In this document: positions 39,039-50,065 of the stretch, one piece after another | How positions within the stretch are numbered: position 1 is the stretch's first letter | How the letters are laid out: every line of letters begins with the position of its first letter | Source: Clostridia bacterium | Lineage (GTDB): Bacteria; Bacillota; Clostridia; RGIG6154 | DNA length: 64,000 nt | Reading direction: 5' to 3' | Assembly: GCA_045660065.1 (NCBI GenBank) | Contig: JAZRDC010000100.1 | Coordinates: 294-64,293, forward strand | Position numbers and translations under genes: made by a program | Notes under the pieces: model-generated | Told to the model about the DNA's origin: nothing | What the model saw: the letters and a program-made list of their open reading frames with translations, nothing else | Database searches by the model: none

Positions 39039-39589
39039 TAAAGTATCTGGAGCAAAAAGATTTTAAGATAGAATATACTTTAGAGTACAAAAATATTAAA
39101 AATATAAATCTTCGCATTAAAAATGATGGTTTGATTTATGTTTCTGCACCAAGACATATTTCCGAAAATGTTGTTGAAAATTTTTTGATTTCAAAGTCTG
39201 AATTTATCTTAAAAGCAGTTGAAAAATATAAAGCAACAAATGCTAACCCTTTGATTAAGTATTATGATGAAAAAGAAATTAAAGATATTATTTTATCATT
39301 GTGCAAAGAAAATTATTTGTATTTCAAAGACAAAGGTGTAAAATTTCCAGAAATCAGATTTAAGAAAATGACTTCAAGGTGGGGAAGTTGTATTCCCTCA
39401 AAAGGTGTGCTTACATTTAATATAAATCTTATGTATGCACCACTTGAATGTATCGATTATGTTGTAAAACATGAATTTACACATTTTTTACAACCCAATC
39501 ATCAAAAAGTGTTTTACGCAGAAATTTCAAAAATCTGCCCGAACTGGAAAGACTATAAAAATATACTAAAATCTATTAACTTAAAATAA
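39035..39589 (+). CDS. YgjP-like metallopeptidase-fold protein (DUF45/M48-like, HExxH)
   Basis: WGSC...VKHEFTHFLQPNH motif. Confidence 0.65.
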   Translation: MIKYLEQKDFKIEYTLEYKNIKNINLRIKNDGLIYVSAPRHISENVVENFLISKSEFILKAVEKYKATNANPLIKYYDEKEIKDIILSLCKENYLYFKDKGVKFPEIRFKKMTSRWGSCIPSKGVLTFNINLMYAPLECIDYVVKHEFTHFLQPNHQKVFYAEISKICPNWKDYKNILKSINLK

Positions 39590-39789
39590 TGTTGAAATTA
39601 TTTGTAAAACAAGGACTGATGAAATCAGTCCTTTATTATTTTTTCTCTTAATACAAGTTCCAAACTCTTTGGTAATACTCATTCAATACATGATGTAAAT
39701 ATTTTCTTGTAGGTTTTAAAGAATTTATATACTCACTATCTTGCTAATTTGTTATTTTTATGTTAGAATATTCGTTGAGGTGACTAATT

Positions 39790-40938
39790 ATGTATATTTC
39801 TGAAGATATTAAATACATTGGTGTAAATGACCACGAAATTGATTTATTTGAGGGTCAGTATATTGTTCCTAACGGGATGGCATATAATTCATATGTCATT
39901 ATTGATGAAAAAATCGCAGTTATGGATACAGTAGATGCAAGATTTAAAGATGAGTGGCTTAAAAATCTTGAAAATGAACTTGGAGGAAAAACTCCTGATT
40001 ACTTAATCGTTCAACATATGGAACCCGATCATTCTGCCAATGTTTTAAATTTTGCAAACACCTATCCTGATGCAAAAATTGTTGCGTCATCAAAGGCATT
40101 TGCTATGATGAAAAACTTTTTTGGAAACGATTTTGCTGACAGACAGATTGTTGTAGGAGAGGGAGATTCTCTTAACCTTGGCAAACACAATCTTACTTTT
40201 GTTACTGCTCCAATGGTACACTGGCCGGAAGTTATCGTAACCTACGATAGTTATGATAAAGTGTTGTTTTCAGCAGATGGATTTGGTAAGTTCGGTGCAT
40301 TAGATGTTGAAGAAGACTGGGCTTGCGAAGCAAGAAGATATTATATCGGCATCGTAGGTAAATATGGTGTTCAGGTGCAAAGTTTGTTGAAAAAAGCATC
40401 TGTTCTTAACATTCAGACAATTTGTCCCTTGCACGGACCTGTTTTAAAAGAAAATCTTGGATATTACTTGAATTTGTATGATATCTGGTCAGGTTACAAA
40501 ACAGAAAGCGAAGGTATAGTTATAGCCTATACATCAGTTTATGGCAACACTAAAAAAGCAGTTTTAAAACTTGAAGAAATGTTAAAATCCAAAGGCATAA
40601 AAGTTGTAGTTAATGACCTTGCAAGATGCGATATGGCAGAAGCGGTTGAAGATGCTTTTAAGTACGGAAAAATCGTACTTGCTACCACAACATACAACAA
40701 CGATATTTTCCCATTTATGAAGGAATTTATAAACCATTTAACAGAGCGTAATTTCCAGAATAAAACTGTTGCATTCATTGAAAACGGAAGTTGGGCTCCT
40801 GTAGCAGCCAAGACTATGAAAGAAATGCTTGAAAAGAGCAAAAATCTCACATATACAGAAAATAATGTTAAGATTATGTCAGCGTTAAATGCAGAAAGTG
40901 AAACTATGCTTGAAAATTTGGCAAATGAACTTGCATAA
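39790..40938 (+). CDS. flavodiiron protein (FprA-type: metallo-beta-lactamase domain + flavodoxin domain)
   Basis: N-terminal MBL fold ...VQHMEPDHSAN...; C-terminal flavodoxin-like ...IAYTSVYGNTKKA... Confidence 0.7.
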   Translation: MYISEDIKYIGVNDHEIDLFEGQYIVPNGMAYNSYVIIDEKIAVMDTVDARFKDEWLKNLENELGGKTPDYLIVQHMEPDHSANVLNFANTYPDAKIVASSKAFAMMKNFFGNDFADRQIVVGEGDSLNLGKHNLTFVTAPMVHWPEVIVTYDSYDKVLFSADGFGKFGALDVEEDWACEARRYYIGIVGKYGVQVQSLLKKASVLNIQTICPLHGPVLKENLGYYLNLYDIWSGYKTESEGIVIAYTSVYGNTKKAVLKLEEMLKSKGIKVVVNDLARCDMAEAVEDAFKYGKIVLATTTYNNDIFPFMKEFINHLTERNFQNKTVAFIENGSWAPVAAKTMKEMLEKSKNLTYTENNVKIMSALNAESETMLENLANELA

Positions 40939-41007
40939 AACGAGTAATTAAAGCAAAAAAATGAAAAATCCCACAGAAGTGGGATTTTTTGAAATGGAGT
41001 ATTAAGT

Positions 41008-41760
41008 ATGGAAATGGTGTTAATTACCGCTCTCGGCGTTGGTGGAGCGACAGTTATTGGTGCAATAATCGGGTTCTTTTTTAAAAAGATTTCCCACAGT
41101 TTTTCAGATATAATTCTGTCCTTTGCGGCAGGTGTAATGCTTGCGGCGGCTGTGTTGGGACTTATATTGCCATCAGTTGAATATGGTGGTAAGTTTGGGC
41201 TTATCTATGCGGTTACGGGTATTTTCATTGGGGCTATTTGTTTAAATCTTATTGACAAACTTGTTCCGCATCTTCATAAATTCGTTGGGGCTGATGAAGA
41301 AGGACATAATAATGCCAAATTAAGTAAAGTGCTGCTTTTTGTAACAGCCATAGCAATCCATAATTTGCCGGAAGGTATTGCTGCAGGTGTAGGCTTTGGA
41401 TCAGGCGATATTTCAAGAGCATTGGTTATTGCGGGCGGTATTGCACTTCAGAATATCCCGGAAGGTATGGTTATAATCGGACCAATGCTTGCGGCAGGAG
41501 TTAGCGCCAAAAAGACTTTTATTTGTGCATTTTTAACAGGTGTTGTTGAAGTTGTAGGTACATTGATTGGATATTTTGCAGTGAGTATTTCTAATCTTAT
41601 CCTTCCATTTGCTTTAGCATTTGCGGGAGGAACAATGCTATACGTTATAAGTGATGAAATGATTCCTGAAACCCATGCTCATGGAGCACAAAGAGGAGCA
41701 ACTTACGCACTTTTAGCAGGCTTTTGCCTGATGCTTATTACAGATGTTTTACTTGGTTAA
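41008..41760 (+). CDS. zupT: ZIP-family divalent metal (zinc) transporter
   Basis: HNLPEGIAAGVGFG / QNIPEGMV signature. Confidence 0.75.
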   Translation: MEMVLITALGVGGATVIGAIIGFFFKKISHSFSDIILSFAAGVMLAAAVLGLILPSVEYGGKFGLIYAVTGIFIGAICLNLIDKLVPHLHKFVGADEEGHNNAKLSKVLLFVTAIAIHNLPEGIAAGVGFGSGDISRALVIAGGIALQNIPEGMVIIGPMLAAGVSAKKTFICAFLTGVVEVVGTLIGYFAVSISNLILPFALAFAGGTMLYVISDEMIPETHAHGAQRGATYALLAGFCLMLITDVLLG

Positions 41761-41768
41761 AATAAAAA

Positions 41769-41800
41769 TAAGACCTCGTGTATAGAGGTCTTATTTTTTT
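41769..41800. terminator. bidirectional rho-independent terminator between convergent genes
   Basis: aagacctcgtgtatagaggtctt flanked by A/T tracts. Confidence 0.65.
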
Positions 41801-41801
41801 A

Positions 41802-42698
41802 TTAAGTATGTTGTTCTGTGTCTGCATTTTGTAAGGGGACTACACTTTTTTTATATCCTATTGGCGAAAAGCCTGTAGATTTTTTAAATGCTCGTGAAAA
41901 ATTATGAATACTTGAATAGTTTAATTTAAATGTTATCTGACTAACTGACAGATTGTCTTCACGGAGGAGTTTTTTTGCTTCTTCAATTTTAAGTTCTGAA
42001 AAATATTCCATAGGGCTTTTTCCTGTGAAATCCTTAAATAACACACTGAGTCTGGATTTCCTTAAATAGAACTTCTGACATAACTTTTCCAAGTTTACAC
42101 TACTGTAAATATTTTCATTCATATATGATACTATTTGTTCTACTGTATCACTTTTTGCAGATAGTCTTTTTTTTATGCTGTGTGATGCTGCATGCGCATT
42201 GCCTCGTATAAGTTTAATTAAAAACTCCACAAAATGGAATTTCATTAACTGACAGGAACCGAATTTCTCATTAGAAAAGTCCAAAGGACCTTTGAAATTG
42301 TAATCATTGGGGATTTTACCCATAGCATTTTGCGCTTCTTCAATAAACAAAGATAGCAACATCTTTGAAGTTTTATCAAGTGTAAAAGTTTTGTTTTTGA
42401 AAAAATCCATACACTCATTGTCGCAGGTAAATGATACAACAAGCATATTGTTTGCAACCTCACGATTTGAGGTGTGAGAGTGCTTTTCATTAGGACTGTG
42501 AAATATTGCCTGACCTTCTTCCAGAACAAAAGTTTTGTTCTCAGTGTTGGCAATAACTCTGCCTTTATCTATATACACCATTTCCCAAAAACTATGGCTT
42601 TCAAGTTCGTGATGATGGTATTTTCCAAATTCAAAATAGTAGATATTATGAAATCCTTTTATATAGATATCGGTTTTAATTTTTGTTAAAGGAAACAT
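41802..42698 (-). CDS. AraC-family transcriptional regulator (cupin sensor + HTH)
   Basis: ATG c42698 (MFPLTKIK) with AGAGGTGA RBS; C-terminal AraC HTH ...SVSQITFKLNYSSIHNFSRAFKKSTGFSP. Confidence 0.75.
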   Translation of the reverse strand: MFPLTKIKTDIYIKGFHNIYYFEFGKYHHHELESHSFWEMVYIDKGRVIANTENKTFVLEEGQAIFHSPNEKHSHTSNREVANNMLVVSFTCDNECMDFFKNKTFTLDKTSKMLLSLFIEEAQNAMGKIPNDYNFKGPLDFSNEKFGSCQLMKFHFVEFLIKLIRGNAHAASHSIKKRLSAKSDTVEQIVSYMNENIYSSVNLEKLCQKFYLRKSRLSVLFKDFTGKSPMEYFSELKIEEAKKLLREDNLSVSQITFKLNYSSIHNFSRAFKKSTGFSPIGYKKSVVPLQNADTEQHT

Positions 42699-42896
42699 CT
42701 GTTCACCTCTGTGGAATAAATGATAAATTTTGCGAAAAAAATGATAAAGACTTTTTTTAAAAGATATTTTATAATATAATTGATAAATTGTCAATTGCTT
42801 TTTTAAAAAATAGTCTTATTAAAACCAAGTAACAAAAGTGGCAATTGAAATTAAATCTATTTGTAATAAACTTTATATAAGAAAGGATGAAAAAAT

Positions 42897-43760
42897 ATGA
42901 AAATTTTAATGATTGGTGCTCATCAGGATGATAATGAGTTCGGAAGAGGCGGACTTGCAAGTCTTTATGTTAAAGCAGGTCATGATGTTAAATTTTTAAG
43001 TATGTGTAACGGTAGCGGAGGTCATCATATTTTAACTCCAGAAGAAACAGTTGCTACACGTGCAAAAGAATCTGCAAAAGTTGCAGAACTTCTCGGTATT
43101 ACATATGATGTTTGGGATGTTGAAGATTGTAATATTGTTGCTGATCTTGCTACAAGAAAGCGTTTGATCAGATATATCCGTGAATATAATCCTGATATTA
43201 TCATTTCACACAGACCAAACGACTACCACGCAGACCACAGAGCAGTAGGTCAGCTTGTTCAGGATGCATCTTATCTTTTGACAGTGCCTCACGAATGTCC
43301 GGAAGCTCCTGCAATGCGCTTTATGCCTGTAATTCTTTACAGTGAAGACAGATTTAAATGGCCTCCGTTCCAGGCTGATATTGTTATTGATGTTGACAGC
43401 GAAATTGATGTTAAAATCAAAATTGCAGACATTAATGTTTGTCAGGTTTATGAATGGTTGCCATACACTTACGGAATTGAGAACGAAGTTCCTACAGATC
43501 CGGAAGAACGTATTGTTTGGCTCAGAGACAGAGGAAGAAATATCAATAATGATACAACAGACGAAGAAATCAATGCTTTGAAAGGTCAGCAGGGTTATGC
43601 AGTACGCTATGCAAGAACTGCTGCACGTTTCAGAAAAGAACTTATTGAAAAATATGGTCAGGAAAGAGGTTCAAGAATTCGTTTTGCTGAAGCATATGAA
43701 ATCTGTGAATATGGTAAACAGCTCACTCCTGAGACAATGAAGGAATATTTCCCATTCTGA
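42897..43760 (+). CDS. PIG-L/LmbE-family N-acetylglucosaminyl deacetylase
   Basis: MKILMIGAHQDDNEFGRGG...HRPNDYHADH motifs. Confidence 0.75.
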   Translation: MKILMIGAHQDDNEFGRGGLASLYVKAGHDVKFLSMCNGSGGHHILTPEETVATRAKESAKVAELLGITYDVWDVEDCNIVADLATRKRLIRYIREYNPDIIISHRPNDYHADHRAVGQLVQDASYLLTVPHECPEAPAMRFMPVILYSEDRFKWPPFQADIVIDVDSEIDVKIKIADINVCQVYEWLPYTYGIENEVPTDPEERIVWLRDRGRNINNDTTDEEINALKGQQGYAVRYARTAARFRKELIEKYGQERGSRIRFAEAYEICEYGKQLTPETMKEYFPF

Positions 43761-43771
43761 TGAGGTGTAAT

Positions 43772-44704
43772 ATGACTAAGCAAGAAATTTTAAAGCGAGT
43801 TGGCTCTGTTGAACAAATCGGCGGTATCAGAGATTTTGTTTTTAACGACGGAAAAGCCAAAGGTGTTCGTGCAATAGAAGTAAACACGGGTAATCTTTGC
43901 ATTACAATACTGCCCGACAGATGTTTGGATATTGCAAACGCAACTTATAAAGGAACTCCTGTTGCCTGGATTTCCAAAACTGGCATTACCGACTCAAGAT
44001 ACTATGAAAAAGACGGCAGAAGTTCCCTGAGAGGTTTTGCAGGAGGTCTTGTATTTACCTGCGGTCTCAAAAATATCGGCGGACCTGTGGGCGAATTAGG
44101 TTTGCATGACAGAGTGGCTTTTATCCCTGCTGAAAAAATAGGTGTTTTTGCAGATTGGGTAGGCGACGATTATGTTATGGAAATTTCAGGTCAGATCAGA
44201 CAAAGCAGTGTTTTCGGTGAAAATATTGTTATAAAAAGAACAATCAAAACAAAACTTTTTGCTGAAAGTTTTGAACTTGAAGATGTTATTATTAATGAGA
44301 ATTTTGAAGATGAAAATATTGCATTGGCATATCATTGTAATTTTGGCTATCCTTTGGTAACTGAAGGGGCTAAAATAGTTAATGTTTCTGAAGATATTGC
44401 GGATATTACAGCACCTATACATGGAAAAAAGGAAGAATGTATCGGTATTCCAACTTCGGGTGAGTATGCAACCTATGGCATCAAAAATGACAAAATCGGG
44501 GCGTATATTACTTATAAAACAGAGACCTGTCCTGAATTTTTAATATGGAAAATGCTTGGTGAAAGTGAGTATGTTGTTGGTTTAGAGCCAAGAACAACAA
44601 ACTTCGGTGGCCAAAATATCATTAAAAATAATGCTTTTGTTTCTTTGAAACCTTTTGAAGAATATAAAACATATTTAAAGTTTGAATTTAAAGGGGAGAA
44701 ATAA
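43772..44704 (+). CDS. hypothetical protein (DUF4432-like, sugar-utilisation cluster associated)
   Basis: ORF with GAGGTG RBS; co-located with PIG-L deacetylase and NagB-like gene. Confidence 0.45.
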   Translation: MTKQEILKRVGSVEQIGGIRDFVFNDGKAKGVRAIEVNTGNLCITILPDRCLDIANATYKGTPVAWISKTGITDSRYYEKDGRSSLRGFAGGLVFTCGLKNIGGPVGELGLHDRVAFIPAEKIGVFADWVGDDYVMEISGQIRQSSVFGENIVIKRTIKTKLFAESFELEDVIINENFEDENIALAYHCNFGYPLVTEGAKIVNVSEDIADITAPIHGKKEECIGIPTSGEYATYGIKNDKIGAYITYKTETCPEFLIWKMLGESEYVVGLEPRTTNFGGQNIIKNNAFVSLKPFEEYKTYLKFEFKGEK

Positions 44705-44705
44705 T

Positions 44706-45644
44706 ATGGATTTTTTAAGTACTGTTAAAGGCAGCCTTTTAGAAGGATTTTATCCTGAAGGTTGGGATATGGAAAAAATTGATAAATGTTGCGATATGGG
44801 TGTGGAAAGAGAAGATTTCTGGCACAAAGATTTTAATCCTATTGAGTGTGAATCTTTAGCAGAATTTGATACTCTTATGGGACACGAAATCGCCTTGCAG
44901 ATAAAAAAAGCAAAAGATGAAGGAATTAAACTTGCTATGATTTTACCCGTTGGTCCTATGGGTATGTATAAGTGGGCAGTGTATTTCCTTAAGGAATGGA
45001 ATATAAAATGCGATCATGTGTATACATTCAATATGGATGAATGGTCAGATGCAGAAGGTAACACACTTTCAAGCGATAACCCTGCTTCATTTGAGTATAG
45101 TATGAAACAGGCGTTTTTTGATAAACTTGGCGAAAATACTATTCCGCCATCACAGAGAAATTTTGCAACAAAAGAAAACCTTCCTACATATCCTGAAAAA
45201 ATTGCAAAATTAAAAGAAGAAGGAGCAAAACTTGTTCTTGTATTCGGTATCGGCAGAATGTGTCATATTGCATTCTGGGAACCGCAGTTTGGTGCGGAAT
45301 TTGCAACAGTTGAGGAATGGAAAAAACAGTGTTACAGAATTGGCGCAAAACTTCATCCTTTGACAATTGAACAAAATGCAATCACAAGTTTTAAGAGCAG
45401 AACAACTTTAGTTCCTTGCAGAGCAAATACTATCGGACCTGGTCTTTTCTTGCAGGCTGATTATATTATCGGTGGTGCAGATGGTGCTTTAGGCCGCGGT
45501 ATGCAGTGGCAGGGTATGAGTTTCTTAACAACCCTTCATTATGGCCCTGATAAGCATATCACTTCAACATTTATCCCGACTATGCCGGGAAGATTGTTCT
45601 ACTTAAAAGAACTTGCAGGTCCGTTGGAGGCTGAATGTAACTAA
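44706..45644 (+). CDS. glucosamine-6-phosphate deaminase/isomerase-family protein (NagB-like)
   Basis: ...[11 protein letters not shown]...FNMDEW motifs; RBS AGGGGAG. Confidence 0.6.
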   Translation: MDFLSTVKGSLLEGFYPEGWDMEKIDKCCDMGVEREDFWHKDFNPIECESLAEFDTLMGHEIALQIKKAKDEGIKLAMILPVGPMGMYKWAVYFLKEWNIKCDHVYTFNMDEWSDAEGNTLSSDNPASFEYSMKQAFFDKLGENTIPPSQRNFATKENLPTYPEKIAKLKEEGAKLVLVFGIGRMCHIAFWEPQFGAEFATVEEWKKQCYRIGAKLHPLTIEQNAITSFKSRTTLVPCRANTIGPGLFLQADYIIGGADGALGRGMQWQGMSFLTTLHYGPDKHITSTFIPTMPGRLFYLKELAGPLEAECN

Positions 45645-45685
45645 TGATCGAATTAAAAAAATGGCAACAACCCTGGAGAGGGAAA

Positions 45686-46450
45686 ATGGAGCCTTTTAAA
45701 GTATTTGGAAATTTGTATTTTGTTGGCACGCATCCTGCATCTTCTCATTTGATTGATACAGGTGATGGTCTTATATTGATAGACACAGGATATCAGCACG
45801 GGTTGTATTTGCTGATTGACAGTATCTACAAACTGGGATTTTCTCCCTATGATGTAAAATACATTCTTCTTACTCACGGACATATTGACCATTTTGGCTC
45901 TTCATATGCATTTAAAGAACTTACAGGATGTAAGATCGCCTTAGGTGAGGCAGATAAAACATACGCAACAGGTGAGGAGGACCTTTCATGGTCAAAAGAA
46001 CTCGATGTTTACATGGAAACATTTGAACCTGATATTTTGCTTAATGATGGCGATGAAATTAAACTTGGTAATACTGTAGTTAAAGCCGTTGCTACCCCTG
46101 GACACACTCCTGGTGCTATGTCATATTTCTTCGATGTAACCGATGGCAATGAGACATTTCGCGCTGGTATGCCGGGCGGATTGGGCACAAACTCTGTTAA
46201 CAAAGCGTTTCTTGAAAGTTACGGATTACCATTGTCGCTTCAACAGGATTATCTTAATTCTATGGATAGACTTAAAGATGAAAAAGTTGGTATATTTATT
46301 GGCAATCATGTGTGGAACAATAATACACAGGCAAAGTATGAAAAACTTATAAACGGCGATAAGTATGCATTTGTTGCACCTGATGACTGGAAAGAATGTA
46401 TGTTGAAATGCAAAAAAAATCTGGAAGAAATAATTAAAAACGAACAATAA
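45686..46450 (+). CDS. MBL-fold metallo-hydrolase
   Basis: THGHIDHFG ... GHTPG motifs; alternative start at 45644. Confidence 0.7.
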   Translation: MEPFKVFGNLYFVGTHPASSHLIDTGDGLILIDTGYQHGLYLLIDSIYKLGFSPYDVKYILLTHGHIDHFGSSYAFKELTGCKIALGEADKTYATGEEDLSWSKELDVYMETFEPDILLNDGDEIKLGNTVVKAVATPGHTPGAMSYFFDVTDGNETFRAGMPGGLGTNSVNKAFLESYGLPLSLQQDYLNSMDRLKDEKVGIFIGNHVWNNNTQAKYEKLINGDKYAFVAPDDWKECMLKCKKNLEEIIKNEQ

Positions 46451-46488
46451 GAAAAAAGCAAGTTGAATTTTCAACTTGCTTTTTTGTG

Positions 46489-46809
46489 TTAATTATCTAA
46501 AATGCAACAGAGTTCACCTTTAGGACAGCCACAGTCTATTGCTGCTTCACCAATTTCGGTTTTTGCACCGAACATTACGGGAATTTCAACTTTAATTTTC
46601 TGGCTTATAATAAACTTGCAAACACCGTCAGGTTTACCTTTGCATATTTCTGCACCCGGGATAATTTCGGCATTTCCCACACATTCGGTTTTTACTTTAC
46701 CAACATGCGCAAATGCTTTAATGCACACAGGAACTCCTACTTCAACTTCCTGCACACCCATGGTCGGGCATAATTCTTTTACAATATGCTGTTCATATTC
46801 TTTATTCAT
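46489..46809 (-). CDS. small Cys-rich hypothetical protein
   Basis: ORF with AAGGAGGG RBS; 10 Cys in 106 aa; no recognisable family. Confidence 0.4.
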   Translation of the reverse strand: MNKEYEQHIVKELCPTMGVQEVEVGVPVCIKAFAHVGKVKTECVGNAEIIPGAEICKGKPDGVCKFIISQKIKVEIPVMFGAKTEIGEAAIDCGCPKGELCCILDN

Positions 46810-46944
46810 TATCAACCCTCCTTTGTCGGATATGAATATCCAATACTATAATATGTTTAATGGAGAATTTTGGTGAGAAATATATTTTGACATTTTGTTG
46901 TATAACTGATATAATTATTATAATGATGTTTAAGGAGAAATAAA

Positions 46945-47496
46945 ATGTTGGAATCTATAAAAAATCAGGCAAAATCTGCGGTTGAAGAACTTTTTGAAAT
47001 ATCTGATGCAAAAAAAGGGCAGGTTTTAATTGTAGGATGTTCTTCAAGTGAAATCATAGGAAGTAAAATCGGTTCTGATTCTAATCCTGAGGTTGCAGAA
47101 CAGGTATTTGGTGCATTGTACGACTCATCTTGCGAAAAAGGTGTAGAAATTGCTGCACAGTGTTGTGAGCATTTAAATCGTGCTATTATTGTTGAAAATG
47201 AAACAGCCCAAAGACTGGGACTTGAAATTGTAAATGTTGTTCCTCAGCCTAAAGCAGGTGGCTCTTTTGCTACGGCAGCGTATAACAAATTTAAAAATCC
47301 TGTTGCAGTTGAATATATTAAGGCTGATATGGGATTGGATATTGGTCTTACAATGATTGGTATGCACTTAAAACATGTTGCAGTACCTGTAAGGCTTTCT
47401 GTTAAAAAAATTGGTGAAGCAGTTTTGACAGCAGCCCGTACAAGACCTAAATACATTGGAGGGCCAAGAGCGTATTATAAAGGAAATGAGAGATAA
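46945..47496 (+). CDS. TIGR01440/DUF436-family protein
   Basis: ...VLIVGCSSSEI.GS.IGS...AAQCCEHLNRA... pattern. Confidence 0.6.
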   Translation: MLESIKNQAKSAVEELFEISDAKKGQVLIVGCSSSEIIGSKIGSDSNPEVAEQVFGALYDSSCEKGVEIAAQCCEHLNRAIIVENETAQRLGLEIVNVVPQPKAGGSFATAAYNKFKNPVAVEYIKADMGLDIGLTMIGMHLKHVAVPVRLSVKKIGEAVLTAARTRPKYIGGPRAYYKGNER

Positions 47497-47497
47497 T

Positions 47498-48085
47498 ATG
47501 GATAATAAAGAAAGATTTTTAGAGATTTATAACAGTAAGATTAAAAGAGAAGGTGCCGATAAACTTTTAGACTATCTTCTTTCTCCATCGAGTGATTTCT
47601 TCACTGCACCTGCAAGTGCGAGATTTCATGGTGCTTACAAGGGTGGCTTGTTAGAACATAGCCTTAATGTATATGACTGCCTTTGTGATTATTTAGAACG
47701 ACAACGTGTGAAAACTGATTATGGAATGAATTATTCAGAAGAAAGTATAGCGATCGTTTCTCTTTTACACGATTTGTGTAAAGTAGATTGCTATAAAGAA
47801 GGCGCAAGAAATGTAAAAGGACCTGATGGTGTATGGAAAAGTGTACCTACATACGAATTTTCTGACAATCTTCCATACGGTCATGGCGAAAAATCTGTTT
47901 ATATTATTACAGGGTTTATGAAACTTACCCGTGAAGAGGCATTTGCTATCAGATATCATATGGGCTTTTCATCTGCAACAGATGACGCAAGAAATGTGGG
48001 AAGTGCTTTTGAAATGTTTCCTTTGGCTTTTGCTTTGTCAACCGCAGATATGGAGGCAACATATTTTATTGAAGGTAAGAAATAA
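47498..48085 (+). CDS. HD-domain hydrolase
   Basis: ...SLLHDLCK... HD motif; ATG 1 nt after upstream stop. Confidence 0.55.
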   Translation: MDNKERFLEIYNSKIKREGADKLLDYLLSPSSDFFTAPASARFHGAYKGGLLEHSLNVYDCLCDYLERQRVKTDYGMNYSEESIAIVSLLHDLCKVDCYKEGARNVKGPDGVWKSVPTYEFSDNLPYGHGEKSVYIITGFMKLTREEAFAIRYHMGFSSATDDARNVGSAFEMFPLAFALSTADMEATYFIEGKK

Positions 48086-48107
48086 CGAAATTCAGGCAAT
48101 TAATCTG

Positions 48108-48141
48108 TTTGACATTTGTTATTAAAGATGTTATAATTTAT
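48108..48141 (+). promoter_or_regulatory. sigma-A promoter (TTGACA ... TGTTATAAT) of polysaccharide locus
   Basis: ctgtTTGACAtttgttattaaagaTGTTATAATt. Confidence 0.6.
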
Positions 48142-48172
48142 ATATGCATGTAAAAATAACGGGGGTGCTTTT

Positions 48173-50047
48173 TTGAAACAAGGAAAATACCATTTGATTT
48201 TTCCATTAATCGATTTATTTATCATTATTGCATCTATTGTTGTGGCTACCGTTTTATTGGAAGGAAAACTTTTAGTTTCATCTGAGGTTCTTTACAGACT
48301 TGAACTGAGTGCAGTTATATGCGTATGTTTGCACTTGGGTATTTTTACTATTTTTGATGCTTATAAGAAGTTTTGGGCAAATGCCAATGTGATTGATTAT
48401 GCAGTTACCTTATGTTGTTCTATCGTTACAGTTCTTGGTATGCTTGCTTTATCAATCATTTTTAAAGGCAGGCTTATGTTTATCAGACAGATAATTACGT
48501 TTGCTTTTTGCTACATATCTTTGGTTGTATTTTCCAGAGTAAGTGTTAAAATCTTAATGTTTTATGCAAGAAAGTATGTTATAGATAAAAGTGAGGATAC
48601 TAAAAATATTCTTATTGTCGGAGCAGGGCAGGCAGGCGGACTTATTATCAGTGATATAATAAATAATACTACTTTTAAATACAGAATTGTAGGTATTATT
48701 GACGATAACAGCGAAAAAATCGGACAGTCTGTTTTTGGATATACTATTCTTGGCGGTCGTAAAGATATTTATAAAATCTGTGATAAAGAACATGTAGACG
48801 AAATTGTTATTGCTATTCCGTCACTCGAAAGAGAAAATTTGGCAGAGTTAATTGAGATTTGCAACAAAACTGCTTGTAATGTTAAATTTTTGCCAAATAT
48901 TGAGCAACTTGTTGACGCTAATGATATTTCCTACAATAAAACTAAAAAGATTGAGATTGAAGACCTTCTTGCAAGAGATCCGATTGTTTTAAATGATCGT
49001 GAAATCGCTTTTGATATTGAAGGACAAACCATTTTAGTTACTGGTGGCGGTGGCTCAATCGGCAGTGAATTGTGCAGACAAATAGCAAAGTATAATCCCA
49101 AAAGAATTGTAGTTCTTGATATTTATGAGAATAATGCTTATGATCTTCAAAACGAACTTGCAGAATCATATTCGTGGTTGAACGTATCTGTGATTATTGC
49201 TTCAATTCGTGATAAAGAACGCATTGAGGAAGTTATTTCAGAATATAAGCCTAAAATTATTTTCCATGCAGCGGCTCATAAACATGTTCCTTTAATGGAA
49301 TATAACCCGTGTGAAGCGATAAAAAACAATATTTTTGGTACATATAATGTTGCAACTGCAGCCAATAAGTACGGTGTTGAAAAATTTGTTATGATTTCAA
49401 CAGATAAGGCAGTAAACCCTACTAATGTTATGGGTGCAACAAAACGCTTCTGTGAGATGATTATACAATCTCTGCAGGCAGTAAGCAAAACAGAGTATGT
49501 TGCGGTGCGTTTTGGTAATGTGCTTGGTTCAAATGGCTCGGTAGTTCCTCTTTTTAAGCGACAGATTGAAAAAGGCGGTCCTGTTACTGTTACTCACAAA
49601 GATATAACAAGATATTTTATGACCATACCCGAAGCGGCACAGTTGGTTCTTCAGGCATCATATTATGCCAATGGTGGCGAGATATTTGTTCTGGATATGG
49701 GCAAGCCGGTAAAAATTTATGATTTGGCATATAATATGATAAAACTTTCAGGAAATAAACCGGGAACTGATATAAAAATTGAAGTAACAGGTTTAAGACC
49801 TGGTGAAAAACTGTATGAAGAATTACTTATAAAAAATACAGAAACTTCTAAAAGAACAGCCAACTCAAGAATTTTTGTTGAAGAATCTACATTCAATAAT
49901 TTAGATGCTATTAAAGAGTCGTTTGCACTTTTTGAGAAAGCAATAAAAGATAATGACTATGAAGAAATCAGACAGGTGCTTATGAAGTATGTTGATACAT
50001 ATCACCCGGTTAATGCTATTTATAATAATGAGATCAAAGGTGCCTGA
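48173..50047 (+). CDS. polysaccharide biosynthesis protein CapD/PglF-type (membrane-anchored NDP-sugar 4,6-dehydratase)
   Basis: N-terminal TM helices; VTGGGGSIGSEL Rossmann; 624 aa. Confidence 0.8.
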   Translation: MKQGKYHLIFPLIDLFIIIASIVVATVLLEGKLLVSSEVLYRLELSAVICVCLHLGIFTIFDAYKKFWANANVIDYAVTLCCSIVTVLGMLALSIIFKGRLMFIRQIITFAFCYISLVVFSRVSVKILMFYARKYVIDKSEDTKNILIVGAGQAGGLIISDIINNTTFKYRIVGIIDDNSEKIGQSVFGYTILGGRKDIYKICDKEHVDEIVIAIPSLERENLAELIEICNKTACNVKFLPNIEQLVDANDISYNKTKKIEIEDLLARDPIVLNDREIAFDIEGQTILVTGGGGSIGSELCRQIAKYNPKRIVVLDIYENNAYDLQNELAESYSWLNVSVIIASIRDKERIEEVISEYKPKIIFHAAAHKHVPLMEYNPCEAIKNNIFGTYNVATAANKYGVEKFVMISTDKAVNPTNVMGATKRFCEMIIQSLQAVSKTEYVAVRFGNVLGSNGSVVPLFKRQIEKGGPVTVTHKDITRYFMTIPEAAQLVLQASYYANGGEIFVLDMGKPVKIYDLAYNMIKLSGNKPGTDIKIEVTGLRPGEKLYEELLIKNTETSKRTANSRIFVEESTFNNLDAIKESFALFEKAIKDNDYEEIRQVLMKYVDTYHPVNAIYNNEIKGA

Positions 50048-50065
50048 ATATAAGGAGTGAATATA